This document shows positions 24,514 through 26,763 of a stretch of 26,763 nt of DNA, piece after piece. How positions within the stretch are numbered: position 1 is the first letter of the stretch; the number at the start of each line of letters is the position of its first letter. The notes under the pieces were generated by a model. That model was not told the origin of the DNA. It saw only the letters and a list, made by a program, of their open reading frames with translations, and did no database searches. The position numbers were made by a program, and so were the translations under genes. The stretch is from Candidatus Heimdallarchaeota archaeon (GTDB taxonomy: Archaea > Asgardarchaeota > Heimdallarchaeia > JABLTI01), in the NCBI GenBank assembly GCA_019056785.1, contig DXJV01000044.1, positions 1-26,763 of the forward strand. Reading direction: 5' to 3'.

Positions 24514-25521
24514 ATGCTTATGATGTCATTTGATCTCGAAACTATTCCGCGACTTCAGCATTGTCTCCTCCCAACACCTATTGTACCAATGGATCGCTTG
24601 AGCGAGCATTTTGGTAAGGCAAAAATTTACGTGAAAAGAGATGATTTAACTGGCATAGCTATTGGTGGAAACAAAAATCGGAAACTCGAGTTTCTTTTGG
24701 CAGATGCTCTTCTTAAAGGGTCTGATTCCATCATTACAGAGGGCGCGGTAACGTCAAATCACTGTGTTCAAACGGCGGCCTTTTCTAAACGCTTAGGGTT
24801 GGATTGTGAGCTTGTTTTATCGGATTCCTTTGTCGGTGAAGCGATGACTGGGAATTTGTTATTGAACAAACTCCTGGACGTGAAAATTCACCGTGTTCAT
24901 TCCTCTTCGGACCGGAAGAAAAAAATGTTTGAAATTGCTGAGCAACTTGCACACGAAGGAAAGCAACCTTATGTTATTCCTACTGGGGGGTCTAATAAAG
25001 TAGGCATTCTAGGGTATGTCGCTTTCATGCAAGAACTTGCCGAACAATCAAGTCAACTGGAGCTTGTTTTTGACTATTTCGTTTTAGCAACCGGAAGTGG
25101 GGGAACTCAAGCAGGACTAATTATCGGAAAAAAACTCTATTACCCTGACCTCTCCATAATTGGAATCGGCGTTGGCGACAAAAAGAAAGAAACAGGAAAA
25201 GCAATAAGGGAAATAGTGGCCAATTTTGAAAAGGAATGGGGGTTGAATCTTGGAATCTCAAAGAAAGAGATAGTCATTCTCGACCAATATGCCGGTGAAG
25301 GTTACGGTAAACCAACGGTAAAAATGATCGATACAATTAAACTTGTTGCAAAACTTGAAGGGCTCTTTCTTGACCCTGTTTATAATGGGAAGGCAATGGT
25401 TGGTTTATTAGATCTTATCCAACAAGGAGAAATCCCTTCTGATGCAAATGTCTTGTTTCTCCACTCGGGAGGTATTCCGGCGATTTTCACCTATCAAAAA
25501 TACTTTCTGGAAAAGTTCTAA
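24514..25521 (+). CDS. D-cysteine desulfhydrase / ACC-deaminase-family PLP enzyme
   Basis: Motifs PTPI, YVKRDDLTG..GGNKNRKLEFLLADA, SNHC, GNLLL, IPTGGSN, GSGGTQAG, LEGLFLDPVYNGKAM, FLHSGG. Confidence 0.9.
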   Translation: MLMMSFDLETIPRLQHCLLPTPIVPMDRLSEHFGKAKIYVKRDDLTGIAIGGNKNRKLEFLLADALLKGSDSIITEGAVTSNHCVQTAAFSKRLGLDCELVLSDSFVGEAMTGNLLLNKLLDVKIHRVHSSSDRKKKMFEIAEQLAHEGKQPYVIPTGGSNKVGILGYVAFMQELAEQSSQLELVFDYFVLATGSGGTQAGLIIGKKLYYPDLSIIGIGVGDKKKETGKAIREIVANFEKEWGLNLGISKKEIVILDQYAGEGYGKPTVKMIDTIKLVAKLEGLFLDPVYNGKAMVGLLDLIQQGEIPSDANVLFLHSGGIPAIFTYQKYFLEKF

Positions 25522-25660
25522 TCGAAGAGAAAAATTACAAACAGAACTTGTAAGAGAACATTTTCTCATTTTTTATAGCAATTCATTAAAAATTTACAAA
25601 CACCTATGTTTCTCTTAGAAGAAAAAAAAAGAAAAATTGTTGTACGGTGAATGAAAAACG

Positions 25661-25879
25661 ATGAATGAAAAAATTACTTTTAAGGTTAGTGGCATGAGTT
25701 GTAATGGTTGTGCTGCTTCTATTGGCAGAGCACTCTCTAGGTTAGATGGTATGAAAGAAGCAACAGCAGATTTTGCAAAGGGAATTGCCGAGGTAGCCTT
25801 TAATGATTCTCTTATTGATAAACAACGTATTGTTGAAGTCATAGAGGACTTAGGTTATCATGTCGAAGGAGAACTCTAA
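25661..25879 (+). CDS. copZ: Heavy-metal (copper) chaperone, single HMA domain
   Basis: 72 aa with VSGMSCNGC...IEDLGY, immediately upstream of a P1B ATPase. Confidence 0.9.
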   Translation: MNEKITFKVSGMSCNGCAASIGRALSRLDGMKEATADFAKGIAEVAFNDSLIDKQRIVEVIEDLGYHVEGEL

Positions 25880-25905
25880 ATATCGCTGAGGTTGACTTGT
25901 TGTCT

Positions 25906-26763
25906 ATGACTGAAGTTGAAGAGAAAAAAACAATCAAGCTTGGCGTCACAGGAATGACGTGTACTGCTTGTAGCAGAACAGTGGAACGAGTCTTAAAACG
26001 CACTTCTGGCGTTGAAGAAGCAAATGTCAGCCTAGCTACGAATGAAGTTATTGTCTCTTTTGATCCAAAACTTATTTCTGAGAAGGAGCTTGCTGAAACA
26101 ATAGAAAGCGTGGGGTATGGCATTCGAAAAGAAAAAATTGATCTGCTTGTCACAGGTATGACATGTGCTTCCTGTGCACAAAATGTTGAGAAAGCCCTAA
26201 AAAAGATAACCGGCGTTTTTTCTGCCTTTGTTAATTTGACTACGAGAAAAGCTACGGTGGAATTTAATCCTAGCTTAGTGACGGTCAAAACACTTGAGAA
26301 AGTTATCAAAGCCATTGGTTATGACGTTGAAAAGTCAATAGAAGAGGACGCTTTGAGTCAAAGACGGCGCCTGGAAAAAGAAGAACGACTCCAGTATCGT
26401 GCTCGCTTAATTGTTGGAGTGATTTTTTCTATTCCGATAGTCATTTTTGGGATGATCCCTTATTTCATGACGAAGAGCTGGCAACCTTGGCTAATGCTGG
26501 CTTTAACCACGCCTATTTTCTTCTATGTTGGCTGGGCTTTCTTCAAAAGTGCCTTTAAAGCTATCATTCATTTCACCTCGAATATGGATGTGTTAGTTAC
26601 TCTGGGGAGTAGTGCTGCTTATATCTACAGTCTTATTTCTTTGAGCCTTGGAAGGAATGAGATTTATTTCGAATCTGCTGCAATCATCTTAACAGCTCTC
26701 ATTATGGGTAAATATCTAGAGGCAATCGCAAAAGGGCGAACGTCTGACTCCATTGCAAAGTTA
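25906..26763 (+). CDS. copA: Copper-translocating P1B-type ATPase, N-terminal part (runs off the window)
   Basis: Open frame from ATG 25906 (in-frame TTGs at 25897 and 25900, SD-like GAGGT) to the window end. Two HMA domains (GMTCTAC, GMTCASC), then TM region with NMDVLVTLG, YFESAAII, GKYLEAIAKGRTS. Not in the ORF track. Confidence 0.93.
   Translation, partial: MTEVEEKKTIKLGVTGMTCTACSRTVERVLKRTSGVEEANVSLATNEVIVSFDPKLISEKELAETIESVGYGIRKEKIDLLVTGMTCASCAQNVEKALKKITGVFSAFVNLTTRKATVEFNPSLVTVKTLEKVIKAIGYDVEKSIEEDALSQRRRLEKEERLQYRARLIVGVIFSIPIVIFGMIPYFMTKSWQPWLMLALTTPIFFYVGWAFFKSAFKAIIHFTSNMDVLVTLGSSAAYIYSLISLSLGRNEIYFESAAIILTALIMGKYLEAIAKGRTSDSIAKL

Noticed and set aside
2672-26315. Antisense/overlapping ORFs in the track (e.g. 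2672-3142, 9490-9912, 12416-12793, 16478-16957, 17616-18257, 25839-26315)
   Set aside because: They are shadows of well-supported genes on the opposite strand and have no recognisable motifs.
1-26763. CRISPR array, prophage, IS element or integrated island at the tRNAs
   Set aside because: I saw no regularly spaced repeats, no integrase/transposase ORFs and no duplicated tRNA 3' end.

Overview
Gene-dense, AT-rich archaeal chromosomal segment, very probably from an Asgard archaeon (Heimdallarchaeia-like). This is inferred from the co-occurrence of ribophorin-I-like, Vps29-like, roadblock-like and longin-like proteins with archaeal-type tRNAs and promoters. From left to right the window holds: the tail of a membrane-anchored Ca-binding-repeat protein, argS, ftsZ, tRNA-Gln(TTG), Vps29-like phosphoesterase, roadblock protein, ribophorin I homolog, sugar N-acetyltransferase, tRNA methylthiotransferase, PHP hydrolase, DUF354 GT-B protein, longin-like protein, tRNA-Tyr(GTA), a fused CoA-dehydratase activase, lysine-ketoglutarate reductase, saccharopine dehydrogenase, serine racemase-like enzyme, sirtuin, GNAT, NIPA/DMT transporter, D-cysteine desulfhydrase-like enzyme, copZ and a truncated copA. 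The strongest signals outside the ORF track are two intron-containing tRNA genes. tRNA-Gln has a 33-nt intron at D-loop position 15/16. tRNA-Tyr has two introns (64 nt at canonical 37/38 and 29 nt at T-arm 53/54). All three introns show relaxed bulge-helix-bulge/loop splice motifs. Also notable are a co-oriented run of eukaryote-signature membrane-trafficking/glycosylation genes behind ftsZ and an unfused LKR-SDH pair in the domain order of eukaryotic AASS. I saw no mobile element or CRISPR array. All protein calls come from motif recognition by eye, not database searches.
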